64,000 nucleotides of DNA from Phoronis australis (lineage: Eukaryota > Animalia > Phoronida): contig NMRA01000088.1 of assembly GCA_002633005.1 (NCBI GenBank), positions 120,186-184,185 on the forward strand. The letters are read 5' to 3'. Every line of letters begins with the position of its first letter. Position 1 is the stretch's first letter. The translations under genes and the position numbers were made by a program. The notes beneath the pieces are model-generated. The model searched no databases. It was not told the origin of the DNA and worked only from the letters and a program-made list of their open reading frames with translations. Shown one piece after another: positions 27,381 to 40,375 of the stretch.

Positions 27381-28905
27381 TATTGTTTACAATCCGACTC
27401 CATTAACGTACATACTTGATACTACTATTTTCTGAATCCTCTAGTTATGGTGATTCCAAAAATGTATTACTTGTACTGATTGGTCGATTATTATTCACAA
27501 TTTCCAAGTTTTTCCAAAGCGTTCATTCGCAATGCGGATTTAGTGAGGCAGCCATTTTTAAAAATGCGACTCCTGTCGGTAGGATTCATAACTAACGATT
27601 AACCGCGAGATGTCAAGTGTTTTCGAGGACGACATTTGTCCGCGAGAACACACACTCTTGTGTTTTTTCTAATGAAGTTTTGAAGAGGGAATCCTTTATA
27701 AATGACTATTACTGTTTTTTACTCAGAGTTTCCCTATCATGCCACGCGGTAGGCAATGACCATCGCCTCTGTTGGCCCGAACCAGAGGCGATGTAGAGGC
27801 TATAGGCGCTCTGTACGCCGGAAGCTTTTCGGCGAATTATGCCTCGCACCGACTAAACCATCAAAGTCACGTTGTTATAAATACCTTTTGCGCATAGAGG
27901 AACACCTTAGGAGGTTGTCGATGTGATTAATTCCTTCCAACTCGAACAAATACTCCCGTTATGAAACTTTTTCTTCGAGCAGTCCCTNNNNNNNNNNNNN
28001 NNNNNNNNNNNNNNNNNNNNNNNNNNNNNNNNNNNNNNNNNNNNNNNNNNNNNNNNNNNNNNNNNNNNNNNNNNNNNNNNNNNNNNNNNNNNNNNNNNNN
28101 NNNNNNNNNNNNNNNNNNNNNNNNNNNNNNNNNNNNNNNNNNNNNNNNNNNNNNNNNNNNNNNNNNNNNNNNNNNNNNNNNNNNNNNNNNNNNNNNNNNN
28201 NNNNNNNNNNNNNNNNNNNNNNNNNNNNNNNNNNNNNNNNNNNNNNNNNNNNNNNNNNNNNNNNNNNNNGAAGGGCGGGAACTTCAGCTTTCAAAGTTCG
28301 CCGGTAGGTCCGCAACTTCTGACCTTCGGCCTGGTTAAAAAAATGAAAAAGTTGATTTCACGATTTTGGGAACTGAAATAGGGACTGCTCGAAGAAAAAG
28401 TTTCATAACGGGAGTATTTGTTCGAGTTGGAAGAACTTAAACCCATCGACAACCTCCTAAGGTGTTCGTCTATGCGCAAAAGGTAGTTATAACAACGTGG
28501 CTTTGATGGTTTAGTCGGTGCGAGGCATAATTCGCCGAAAAGCTTCCGGCGTACAGAGCGCCAATAGCCTCTACATCGCCTCTGGTTCGGGCCAACAGAG
28601 GCGATGGTCATTGCCTAGCCACGCGGTATCTTCAACATACTACACAATTTTGGGGTCTTTTTGACACACGCATGATCGTTGTAGTTATCATTCCTGCCGA
28701 CAGGTGTCGCAGTTTTATAATGGCGGTCACTCGAGATCTGCTGCCGCAAATGAACACCTCGTAAAAACGGTGAATGCATGAATAAAAAGAGCCTAATCGG
28801 TACGAGCAATACATTTTTTGGAATCACCATGATCACCCTGACTAGAGGATTCAGAAAATGTTAATATCAAGTATGTATGTTAATGGAGTCGGATTGTAAA
28901 CAATA
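27381..28905. mobile_element. Foldback-type element with long modular inverted arms and an assembly gap at its centre
   Basis: 27381-27445 is the reverse complement of 28842-28905, and ~27750-27985 mirrors ~28380-28617 at high identity. Confidence 0.85.
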
Positions 28906-31900
28906 GATAGAAGCGGAAAGGATTACTGAAGAAAGTAAGCGCTTTTTTTAAGTGATAGTTTTAAGTGTAGAATTTATTTGTGACGAGGTGAAATCTCTTG
29001 ATCGGCGAGTGGATTTCGCCTATCTTCCGCTTAAAATACACTGGACGAAATTAGTACAGAAAGTGTTGCGAAGTATTGTTGCCCCTAACCAGCCAACCTA
29101 GGGGCTACTTGTTGCCTAAAATTTACAGTGGAAGTCTCTTATGGTCAATGATCTCTGTGAAGGCCTCTATATTTAAAGCTTGTACTTTGCAAACATGACA
29201 AGACCAGACAAGGTTGTGGGGACACGGGTTCCAGTAATGTGGGGATAGGATGTGGTATTCTAGTTGTGTTACGCCATTCTTAGTTGGAAAGGCTAACGAG
29301 GTAGCAACAGCAAGTCGATGGAGAGCAGCATAAAAATTAACACAGTCGTTGAGTTTCTACTGACGCACAAAGTTTATTAACTCTATCTACAACACTCTCG
29401 AGTTCCGAATAGCTGTATCTATATGATTATTTTTTTCAGACTCGTTTTCCGGTCTATATAACGCTTATTCGGGTCTCTATGTTTATTAATTTTCTAACCT
29501 TTTTCTGCTCTCCACGATTATTTGATTCAGCAAGTTCACAATTTTTGTTTCATTCAATACAAATTTGTTACACAAAAACTTTATTGTTGACACCGGGTAT
29601 CGTACCTTGGTCATAACACGTAGTAAATTCGCTCTAAAGCTCTAGACCACGAGACATTCAGTTCAGACTTCGTAATTTAGATTAGCTGTATAGGACTCCG
29701 CGTTACACACAGAAGTCACATGTCATACACATTAAAATTTTATTCACTAAAATATACAACTGTATGTTTCTAAGCGTAAAATAAATTGTTCTCCCAAGCA
29801 AGGGTTTACGCAGCAGCCATCTGTTAGACGGCCAGAATGTTATTTTGGACGGGTTCGACAGGATCGGTCAGAATTAAGAAAGTATTGGCAAAATTTAAAA
29901 TAGCTTGAAATGATGACCACTTCTCTCAATATTAACGGCTGGTCGGCAGCTGCTCAAAGAAATAGGCCATCTGTAATTTCAGAAATGAGGAATTTAATGC
30001 ACAAAAAGTGCATTTATCAATATTCCGCACACCGCGTGACACAGATCGGTGTTACCGGCAGCTCAACATACATATGAATAAAAACGCTTTCGACGAGTTT
30101 CTTTGGGTGATCCAATATTTATGATTGCACCCTGTAAAAAACTGGCAAGCCGTTACAACTGTTCACTGTGTCTGTCCCCGAAGTCTGCGTTTCCGGGGAA
30201 TTAATTCCGGGATTTTGCACAGCCAGTATCATCTGCGGTTTCGGTCATTATTGACATGCGCATTCTACATACTTAATCATGTCGTCTGCCGCGCAAAGGC
30301 CAAAGAATTCGAGGATTATTTTACAAGCCGAGAAATGTTCCAGATACAGACATTGACTCAGATGCTAGTAAAACAAATAATCCAGCTACAGATACAGACC
30401 GTGGTGATAATGCGGCCAGTCAGTGAAGCGCAAATACTCGTGCAGTTAATGAACAGTGCCGAACCTTTCAATCAACAAAGTACCAACAAGTTGCCGACAA
30501 CATCAGACATCACCATTTTTACAATTCGCTCCAAACTTGAGAATAGATTGTTTTTATGAACAGGAAGAATGGACTTGTGACAATCTTGAAAATGACGTAG
30601 TTGCTAACGTTCGACAATCAAGTCGATATCTATTGAAATTGATTTCTACTTGCTCTCCCGTCCAAATAAATGGGAAAACGCACGTGAATCGGTTTGTTTA
30701 TTATACCTAATTAGATATTCAAGATGGTAGACGTGGTCGTGGACTCGAATCTTGGGCAATTCTGCAAGAAATCTCAATTTCTGGCCGTGTAAAATTTTGG
30801 ATGTACCGACTTTTTGACGTCGAATTCTGACTAATGTACATTACAAGGGTATTGACTATGAACGTTGTGCAGGACATGAGATTGAGAGAAAACAAAGGCT
30901 CGACTGTCAGGAACATGTATGATAAAAATGCGACTCGTTTTACCAAGACACTTTATTGTCTTTATTCAGACTGTCGCCTTCGTGGAAGACTGGACGTTGC
31001 TGCTGAAATCTTTACCTCCTTGTTATAATTTTTGGACTTAGTCGACATTGGCATCTCTGGTATGAATGTCACATTCTTTTTTTGAGTAAAATGATTCCAC
31101 ATACTATTTGAAACACGTCCATATAGACTTCCATTTAAAGTTACTGACATTGTGTTTCTGTAATGAATATTTGGCAAATAAAAATATTGAAATGCATATT
31201 ATCTGGGCTCAACTTTGTAGCTCAAAGATAACCTGAAAATATTGCAAACATGCGAATTGATTTTGTTAACTAGCTGGACAATAGTGAATGTCGCGGCCAT
31301 TACTTTTTGAGTGACAAAAGTTTTATTTTAAGAAAGCTCAGTTTTTCAAAAATTCTGAACTCATTTTGTCTTTGAATATGTTATGTTAATGTCCCACACA
31401 ATATGGTTATCCGTGGTGAGACATAAGTTGCCTGAAGTTCCTGGCATACACAGGCCCATGGCATGGTCAACATCTGAACCTGTTGGCTTTCAGCACCATG
31501 AAATAGAGCGTCACCTGTTGACCAATTTCTTTCCCCCCTGATTCTTCATTCTGCTGTTCTTTTACAATATTGCGTTACTTGCGTATACAGTTAACAACAA
31601 ATCACAGTAATTGATTTCACTTCATTGTAAGTTTTTAGTACTATATTATTACCAAAGGGACTTTTTTTAGCAAATTTTGCCTCCGCGAAGATGTCATCTC
31701 TCGAAAGATTCCTAAAAAAAATCAACTAAATGGCACATTCGCGTGTCACAAGTGTCCTGTTGGAAATTTGACTACGTTCTTTTCTTTGTCACAAAAGCTG
31801 GAGAATGATGCAAGAAAGAGACATTCATTAGATAATTTTTCACTTAAATGGCTGTACAGGCAAGATGAGTGTTGGTTGGCTCCCAGATTTTTCTTGCACC

Positions 31901-32595
31901 CAGGTGGTCATGAGATCAAGGTGACGAGCAGAACTACCCAGACGTCTTTGTGAAATTTCGAGGTCTATGTAAAATTTACGCACATCTTCCCTTGGCTATA
32001 TTCTGAGACTAGTCTACGTATAGCTAGGTACGCTGCTCCCTAACGTACATTATACTAATGACGTGTTGTCCTATGTATATTGGCTAGAATGCAGCCAAGA
32101 TGCTTGGTCTCACTTCTTTAAGTATTAATAATGTCTATGTAGTATTAAACTTGGTGAAATTCTGTAATTAACCACTAAGGCTCCTGATCGTGTGGAAACG
32201 CCACCTGGCTCTGGATTTTAGCTCTATGGTGGATCAGTTCGGCACTGGATGCCGAACCACTGCTCTATTATTTTTTATACGCCATCAAAAGTTATTGAAG
32301 AAGTCCATTTATCCTAACCTCGTGTTCTGTCATATACTAGGATCATCATCGCATCCTGGCTGATAGGTCGCAAACGTTGGGTGTTTGAAAGTCGCTGTGA
32401 TGTCTCTCTGAAGTTGGAGTGTTCTTGGGACGTGTTTCAGTTTTGTTGGGCACTTCTGCGCGTGCCACATTCTTGCCCGAGATAGAATTCTTTTCCTAAT
32501 TGCTTTGCCGGACATAGAGTTGTCTTGCGAATGGCTTCCATTACCATGTTGTTAACCCGCCGTTCTAAGTCCCATGTCTAATCCTTGCTGGTGGG

Positions 32596-32665
32596 TCACA
32601 AATGTGGGATGTCCCGTGTCACAAATTTGGGATGTCCCGTGTCACAAATTTGGGATGTCCCATGT
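32596..32665 (+). repeat. ~23-bp tandem repeat x3
   Basis: tcacaaatttgggatgtcccgtg repeated. Confidence 0.8.
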
Positions 32666-35600
32666 GAAGCACAGGCACAAACTAGTTTAAAGGGATATTA
32701 TCAGTTTAATGGCCGAAAAAAAAGTCATTTTGATGTTATTTGCTGTATGGAATAAACGTCATGAGGTTATTAGGTTTGACTAGAGCTATAAAATAACAAA
32801 ATGTATTGTTTTTTGTAACTTTATTACAAATCGCAATTCTCGCTGTTGTCTGCCAGACATTGTCTGAAATCAAGGTCAGTGTCTTTGAGAAAGTGGGTTT
32901 GATTCTGCACGTCTGCAAATTTCTTTAAAGCATTTTTCTCACCGAGAATGTCCCTTTCGTATATTGGTGACTAACTACAGCGTGTGAGCGTCTGTGTTGT
33001 TCATCTCTTATGAGATGCATAAGTAGCTTGCGCCCGAGAGCTCCAGCCTTATATGTTGCTGATTGCTAGCACTGTGCAAGCCAAAAGTTTTCAGACAAAA
33101 TGACCCAGAACTCCCCATCACGACGGCTTGACGGAAGCGGAATTCATCGTTGGTGTCATTTTCTTTGTGACCAAGAATGAAGGCGAATTAGTTAGAGATT
33201 AGTAGTGTGGCTTTAATTAGAATTTTTCCACACAAATAGTTATTATCAGTAATTTTTGTTAACAGACTTTGCCGTCATGACTGGAAGACTGTGTTCGAAG
33301 ACTGTGTTATGTCTGATTACTTTTGTCTTGTACTGTACCTCGCTTTATATGGGTGCACCTGCCTGTCCACAGTTGATTCGCTTTGAGTTTGGAAGTTGAC
33401 TCAGCAGTTAATGGCGTAATTGGTGTGTGGAGTTCATCCTTCACGAAGGGGGGGGGGAGTGTTGTATGAGTGCAACATGTGAGTGGCTCGTTGCATTGTT
33501 CCTAGGTAGCTCCAGCTTTTAGGCTATGTTGCTGATTCCCACACGAAACTGGCTTTATGCTGGTCCAGATTAAATTGCTGGTTTTGAATTGATTTGTCTA
33601 GGCAATTAACACATCTATATGTGCATTTTCGAATCTGAAAAATATCGAAAGGTGAGAACTGAGAATAGCTTGATGTGGAAAATTACTATGACCCACTTCA
33701 GTTTACTAGACTGAAACTCAGTGGTCTGCAGTCTCAAATCCAACTGTTGGAGCAAACCTCAATTTTTTTACTGCAGATAACAGTTGATTGCCAAATCTAA
33801 GGGTCTAGATGTCATGAATCTAATTTGTCTTTGAAATCGCAATGACGTGACAGAACTTCACTGTTGTCATGGTGATTGTGGAACCACGTCAACAGATGTC
33901 ACTGAGCAATGAGCTACATGTATGTATCTCATTGGCAGGGAGTAGCAAATCCAAGAGTGTTTTTAAATAATGGTTGTAATTTTGGTAATTAATCCTACAT
34001 GTTTTATTTCTCAATTGTTAAAATTTCCTGCAATTCACCTTAATTTTTTTTGTCTCAAACCAACGTTATCGGTCCCGCTGGTCTTTGAAGCCTTTTTTGA
34101 AATAGATTTGGAATGAAATTGAAATTGTTTAAAGAGATTTAACTAAAATGTCCACTTCACATTGATTAAATCGTTCTTGAATGCATCTGTCGCTGAATTG
34201 AAGAGCAACAGAAGAGTGTATGTTGACACCAGGATCTCGAACACGCAGCACCCAATGAAAGTACTTTGTCCTTTAAGGTTATGCAGAACCCCAGAAATAT
34301 GTCCAACTTCAGAACATCATATCTCAGAAATGGCTGAACGTATTCGTTTGAAACCTTCACATACTATGGTTTATGCACTGTTTTTCAAAACGCTTTTAGG
34401 AATTGGAACGGAAAGGAAACGAAACAATAATCTAAAAAACTAACATCGTTTTTGAGATGTCATGTTGAGCATTTATATCAAATTTAATTCATTCATGCTG
34501 TTGATACGGTTGTTCATGTTGATGACACCGTTGTTCATGTTGATGATACGGTTGTTCATGTTGATACCGTTGTCATGCTATCAATTAATACCTTTGTTTT
34601 TTCTAAATTTTTATCAGTAGTCATTGTCACGTGACCCAATCTCTGACGGATTAGTGTAAAGTGAAAAAACAATGTCTCCATGCCCTTTACTTTCAGAAAA
34701 TATATACTTTTACAGAGTTTATTTCAAAAGCTGATCTCCATTATAAGAACTGGAGTCCATGGAAAACATCTAAAACATTTTGGGGTTCTTTCAGTATTTT
34801 AAAAATAGGGTGTCCAGAATGGATTTCTCAATTTCTTAGGGCATTCATGACCAATGGCATGTGACCAGGTTTTTATGACCTAGAGTCATATTGCTGTCAT
34901 GTAATAGTGTGTGGTATGTTACCATGGCGACATGGTTCAACAACAGTTTTTAGTTTCTTAGCTCCCGGAGCTGCTGTTGACAAGTGAAAAGATAACCTTT
35001 GCTAACTTGCTTATTTTACTTCTGTGTCTAAATGCTGAACAAGACGTCCTAGCTAGGGTGTCTTAATTTGAGTTAGGGTGTCCATTTGGATCCCCTCTAG
35101 ACGAAGGTGTGTATCTGATTGGCATTTTCATAAAATACACTGAACTTTGTTCATGTCATGATAAAATTGCATGATTGTCGTAAGAACTCATTGAAATTTT
35201 AATTTAGACGCGGCAGAATGTCTAATGGCTCGACTGTTGAGTCCGTTGAGTATGCTTGTATTCAGTAGAGATCTCGCTTCACGGAGCACGTTATTTGAAA
35301 CAGATTAATTACTGAAAGCACACCACCCGCATGAAGGTATAGGTGACCCACATTGCCAAGCGGCTGTGGTAACGTTACAGCCAGCAGAGCTATATTGTCT
35401 GGTTCATAGCAGTCTGTACTGCGGTGGTGGTATATGGTGTATACTAAATATTAGTCAGATGTGGATCAAGAGTGTGGGTTGAGTACATTTCAGTGAGTTG
35501 TATGTGAATGTTTGCAAGGTTGAAATTTACAGTTGGAGGTGCAGTAAAGTCTAACTAATATTAGACAAAATTAAACAATAGAATTGCTCTTTTTCATTTT

Positions 35601-35778
35601 TCATAGGCTTTGTACATCGTTGTGAATGCGCACATTTTTTTTCTATGTGTTGTTTGATGGTATCTGTCGTACACAACTTGAAAATGGTTAAGTACGGTAT
35701 TATACTGGCACATCTAGGATGTCTCAAGGCGGGCCAACTGCAATTTTCAAAAGAAAAACCTGAGTAATCCCTTAAAAC

Positions 35779-35915
35779 CATGCGCGCACCCAGGGGCGGG
35801 CTCGGTTGGCGAAGTGGACAAAAAGGTCCGCCTCTGAGAAAAAGAAAGTCCGAGAAAATGAGAAAAAAGTCCACTTAACAAGCACAAACATGCAATTCAC
35901 AGTGGTGGGCACATG
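35779..35915. mobile_element. Short copy of the CATG-terminated MITE seen at 2127-2377
   Basis: Reverse-complement similarity to ~2225-2377; flanking 7-bp direct repeat ttaaaac. Confidence 0.7.
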
Positions 35916-36084
35916 TTAAAACTATGTACACATTCACTGTGTTTGTTTTTATTCTTTTTTTTACCGGGGACAGACTCTCCTAAATTTGCTTACGTACGGT
36001 ATTACTTTGGTGTCATTAATCGTTTATGACTGAATTGAAAATTAATATATGATGAGTCCACCATATTGTAAGTAAATAACGACA

Positions 36085-36700
36085 TATTTATCCAACGTTT
36101 CGGTTTATTACTCTAAACTAAACCATTCTCAAGGAAACAGTTCACAGACTCAAAACAGGTGACACAGGTAGAGAAGAGACTGTACAGGTAGAGAAGAGAC
36201 TGTACAGGTACATGTCAAAAGGCATTGTGAGGGGGAGAGACCAGAAATCAAAACAGTTTGAGCTCAAATGAACCAATGTTTCTATTGAATAATTGAGGTA
36301 AAGCTAAGCATGATTCAACCCTATATGCAGCATAGCCTCCTTTATGAGGAGCCTGAGGGTGGCATTTTCCTTTTCAAGGATCTGAACATCAGCAATCTAT
36401 AGTGTGACCAGTTGTCAAGGAATGATTGAGAACAGCACTGTGTGTGTCTTTGCAGTGTTCTTTGACTCTGATGCTAAGAATCCTGTTCTTCATTCCAATG
36501 TAAAACTGTTCACAGTCACTGCAGTTGAGCTGGTACGTGACTTCTTTGAGAATTACTCAACGGTGTTTTAAGTCTCGACAATCACAAAAGTCTGTTTAAT
36601 TTTAAAGTTTGTGCTTCTTTTCTGGCCTAAATCAAATGTGATCCACCATATTGTGTCTTCTAAATTGTTGAGACTTTGCTGTAGTTTCCCCCAGGGTGGT
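36085..36700 (-). mobile_element. 3' fragment of a Penelope-like retroelement with a GIY-YIG endonuclease relic
   Basis: Minus-strand VTYQLNCSDCEQFYIGMKNRILSIRVKEH...SAVLNHSLTTGHTID, then frameshifted VQILEKE...LLIKEAM and NRNIGSFELKLF*. Confidence 0.88.
36091..36135 (-). ncRNA. Minimal hammerhead-ribozyme-like motif of the Penelope-like element (variant core)
   Basis: tcc-ttgagaat-ggttta(loop)taaacc-gaaac-gtt-gga: stem II, GAAA box, palindromic AACGTT, tcc/gga stem I; the first core box deviates from CUGANGA. Confidence 0.45.
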
Positions 36701-37343
36701 TCTCTTCCATATAGAGGGTCTGGAGGGTGCTGGACCATGCCAAGAAGCCGCAACGCCCCCACGAGAGAATGTCTGAGGTGGCAAAGTAGCCATTCCCCAG
36801 TAAAATTTTGTTTTCTCATTTTTGCATTTAAACGATGAAATATTGAAAGTTATTTTTATTTATCTTTAAGCAAGCGAGTGGGTGTAAAATTGTCAAAAAT
36901 ATGTACTTTTCTCTTTATGCGTTAAACTGATGTTTTATACAATTTGTGTAGCTGCGTTTTTTCTTGTCTACAGTAACCATGCACCAATGCACAACATATA
37001 TGTTTGACTTGAGCAGGACTAGATTTAAATTAAGTGATAAAAAGTTGGGGCAAAATGACAAAATGTTCGATAAACCTAATTTTCACCTCCCATCGAGTGA
37101 TTGAACCATGCTGCCTTGTCTCGTCAGTTACATGCAAAAGTATGGTGTAATAGCTCAGTTGTCTAATAATCGATTCCAGTTAAGTATCACATTCTTTTTG
37201 TGTTACAAAACAGATGGGGGCAGATACCCCTGTGGCTATCTTTTGTGGAAAACCAGTTTAACGAACACAATAATTTTATGACTAAAGCTGCATGATTTTA
37301 GCTTTACCTTAGCGTTTTCGTTCTGCTCTCTTCTAGTCAAACC

Positions 37344-37485
37344 ATGGCTGATCTAGAGCAACTACGGGTTGCCTTCTGTTCTATACTCCTTCAAGCGCGT
37401 GGCTCTGTCGTCTCCAATTTTGTCGCCTGGCTTGACCTGAAGGTGGCAGAGTACAAAGTGTACGGTCACATGATACTGACCGATG
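37344..37485 (+). CDS. Zinc-finger cassette gene, common coding exon 1
   Basis: Acceptor ctctcttctag| (37336), accATGG start, MADLEQLRVAFCSILLQARGSVVSNFVAWLDLKVAEYKVYGHMILTD, donor ATG|gtaagt, phase 1. Confidence 0.85.
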
Positions 37486-38015
37486 GTAAGTGATCATTGG
37501 TCGTAGCTGTTGTGGAATCTAACCTCGGCAATAATCGTGGTTTCTTTACATGATGCGGATAACACTAGTGCGTATGCACGTCAGCAGTTTATGCCAAACG
37601 AACAACAATTCTGTTTCAGGTGTTACTCTGTTCAGTTCGTTAACAAAACAAAAAAACGACGTATTCACTACTTCCACACTTTCGTGGTGGTGCAAAAATG
37701 ATTGTTGGTCATTTTTGTTTAGGACACAGTACTTCATTTTAGCATCAATTTTAACAACGCAGACATGAAAGCACACGTGTTCCAAACCGGCAGAACCTCA
37801 TTTTCAAGCATAATGGCGAATTCCTGCAAGGGTAGACACTAGTGAATACAATTTATTTGTCCCATCTTTTTCATACTAACAACGAATTTACTCGTGGACT
37901 GGTTTTACATTGTGACGAGCAGTTATTTATAAAATTTCTGTTTCAAATCCTAATTAACGACAGAGATGTGAGTACAAAATTTTCTGTTAAAGCCACATTT
38001 ATCGTCACTTTTCAG

Positions 38016-38871
38016 ACAAAGAATCGGAGATTGGTGCTTGCCAGTACAATGTCAATATTGACCCTAATTCATGGCCAAAGTCCACAGCAGTTAGACTTCT
38101 TAGTCAGGCTTCTGATGTCAACATTGTGCATAATGACTCATCTGGCGAAATTCGTAGGAATACTCAGCCGTCTTCTTCAGCCCGCAGGAAAGGGAGGCCA
38201 TCTTACATTTCAAAAATTTTAACTCTTGGCGGACGACGGACAGCACGACCAAAAAGCGTCGTGACAAGTCTGTTGAAAAACGCCATTTCTCGAAGTGCTA
38301 AAAGTTCTACAGTGCAACCAACTTCGACAGACGTCAGCGGACTTGCGTTGAGGCCTGTGGGGGAATGTGGTAGTTTAAATGAGGAGGATACAGGTACAGG
38401 AGAGTCCAGTGGACCTCCACTGGAAATGGAGAGCACACCGGCTGTCCCTGAACACAGCGAACATGACCAGATATTGAACGATGACGCGGAAACATCGGAC
38501 AAGGATAAGGAAACGGTTCATAAACTGACGACGGTGAAAGCCGAGCCGGGGATGGATGATAGTTCTGAACTAGACGACGTTAGTGTCATAGAGCCCAAAT
38601 CTCCGCCGGAAACGGAAGAGGCAGACAATATGTGGCTCAACGAGTCAATGGGCTCTGTGTTTCCCGATATGCCTGATTTCTCACATGGTGCTTCAGTGAA
38701 TCCCGTTTTGCCATCGACGTCGAGTGGAGGAGAGTTCCAAAGCAGCATGGTGCCACGACCATCGCATAAGCAACTGCTTCCATCACGGCATTCTTACTCG
38801 GGTCTAAGTCATCGTAGCCCGTCCGCATCGTCTTCGTTGGTGCTGTCTAGCGTCTCAAGATCGCTGCTCAC
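38016..38871 (+). CDS. Zinc-finger cassette gene, common coding exon 2 (disordered; AT-hook-like RRKGRP, VKAEP SUMO consensus, acidic and Ser-rich)
   Basis: Acceptor cacttttcag|; 856 nt open, in frame with exon 1 and with ORF 38126-38875; donor CAC|gtgaat, phase 2. Confidence 0.85.
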
Positions 38872-39130
38872 GTGAATATTGATAAACTTGTTATTGTGGA
38901 GTTGTTGACTTTACTCGAGGTCATTATCGTGTTTTTCTGACCCCAAAAGTGTAAAGTCTGAATGTCATGAGAAATTGGATGAAAAAGTTTTTGTCTGAAA
39001 AGCAACCAAGTGACCATGAGTAGATGTCGCAAATTGTTTTCTTTTACTTTTTATTGAGAGCTTGTAGTTTTAGTCATGAAAAAGTCATTTGAGGTCATCA
39101 CGTTTTCTTCATTGACAAGCCATAATGTCT

Positions 39131-39410
39131 CAGTGTTCTCCACAACAAAAAATTCAAACTCAACTTGAATTTCAAAATTCATGTGCATGTGTTCAAACGT
39201 CAATGTCTGTATTGTGGGGAGTTTGAAATAAATACAGTGAACAGGTACCCAAAGTCCAAAATGTCATAATTTGCTTAAGAAATAACTAATCTCCCAATGC
39301 TTCAAACTTGTTGCACCGGTTTTTAAACTCACTACAAATAAGCTAAACTCGTCTGGGCAAAATTCAAACTTAATGCAGTGACGAGTCAAAACAAGTCTTG
39401 GAGAACACTG
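39131..39410. mobile_element. MITE with CAGTGTTCTCC TIRs (hAT-like ends)
   Basis: cagtgttctcca ... tggagaacactg. Confidence 0.55.
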
Positions 39411-40025
39411 TGTCTATATGTTTACCACATTTTTTTCAGTCACAAATGAGTGTGGTGTTGAAAATAGTTCCATGTTCAAAATGCATGCATTAAGGGTCAA
39501 TGCGTATTCCTTGGCAGTTGATTTTCCAAAAATTTAGAAACAAAACAAACCTCAGTTCCACATTTTGTGGCTTCAAAATGTTGTACACATGATGTAGCTT
39601 CTATGTGTTTTTGTGTTCTAATCCTGAAAATCCAAGAAAAATATTTTAAAGCAATTGATTCTGTGGTTACGGAGTGAAAGGTTTTGTTTCCTGGTTTAGC
39701 ACAAATAGTACTGTCCCTGAAAGGTTTTCTGCTAAAATACACCCTAATTGCATCACTAAGGCAGTCTTGCTATTTGAGCCGGGCAGTCTCCCTGTAACTG
39801 CCGAATATGGTAACGGTCACTCGTGGGGGGGTGGGGTCTAAGAACCAGTTTCCTCCATTGAATGATGGGCATTGAAACTGGTTCTTAAATTCCGGATCCA
39901 TGCAAGTGACGAGTGCCCCCAAAAATCTGCCAAATGATTAGTAACACTTGTCATTTTAGCACACTTTGTTCCGTTCTTGCTTCAAACTTATGACAGTTCA
40001 GTAAGGTAGTGGAGCTTTAAATGTA

Positions 40026-40375
40026 CAGTGGAACCCACTTAATGTCGTACTGGGTAATAGAATATCTCTGTTATTGTCGTGAAAAGTCGAAAAACCTAAT
40101 TATTTCCCATTAAACGGTTGTAAAAGATTGTCACGTTCCCAGTTATTTCTACAAAATCAAAAATGTTTCTCATCAGTTTATTAATCTATGTGCCTCACCG
40201 TATTTTGCTGGAGGAGTGAAAGTCAGCCGTCTTTCTGAAACTCCACTTTGCGTGGTCAGCTTGTAAAAGTGGTTACGATCCCTACCAAGTCGTAATCTGC
40301 TTAATGGAATATCCTAATGCTAATTATCATAATTTACGTCAAAACCGAGGACATGACATTAAGCGGGGTCCACTG
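40026..40375. mobile_element. Tc1/mariner (pogo/Tigger-like) MITE
   Basis: ta|cagtggaacccacttaatgtc ... gacattaagcggggtccactg. Confidence 0.65.

Noticed and set aside
10458-28338. ORF-track entries spanning N-runs (10458-10763, 12527-13059, 27959-28338)
   Set aside because: Artefacts of assembly gaps translated as X.
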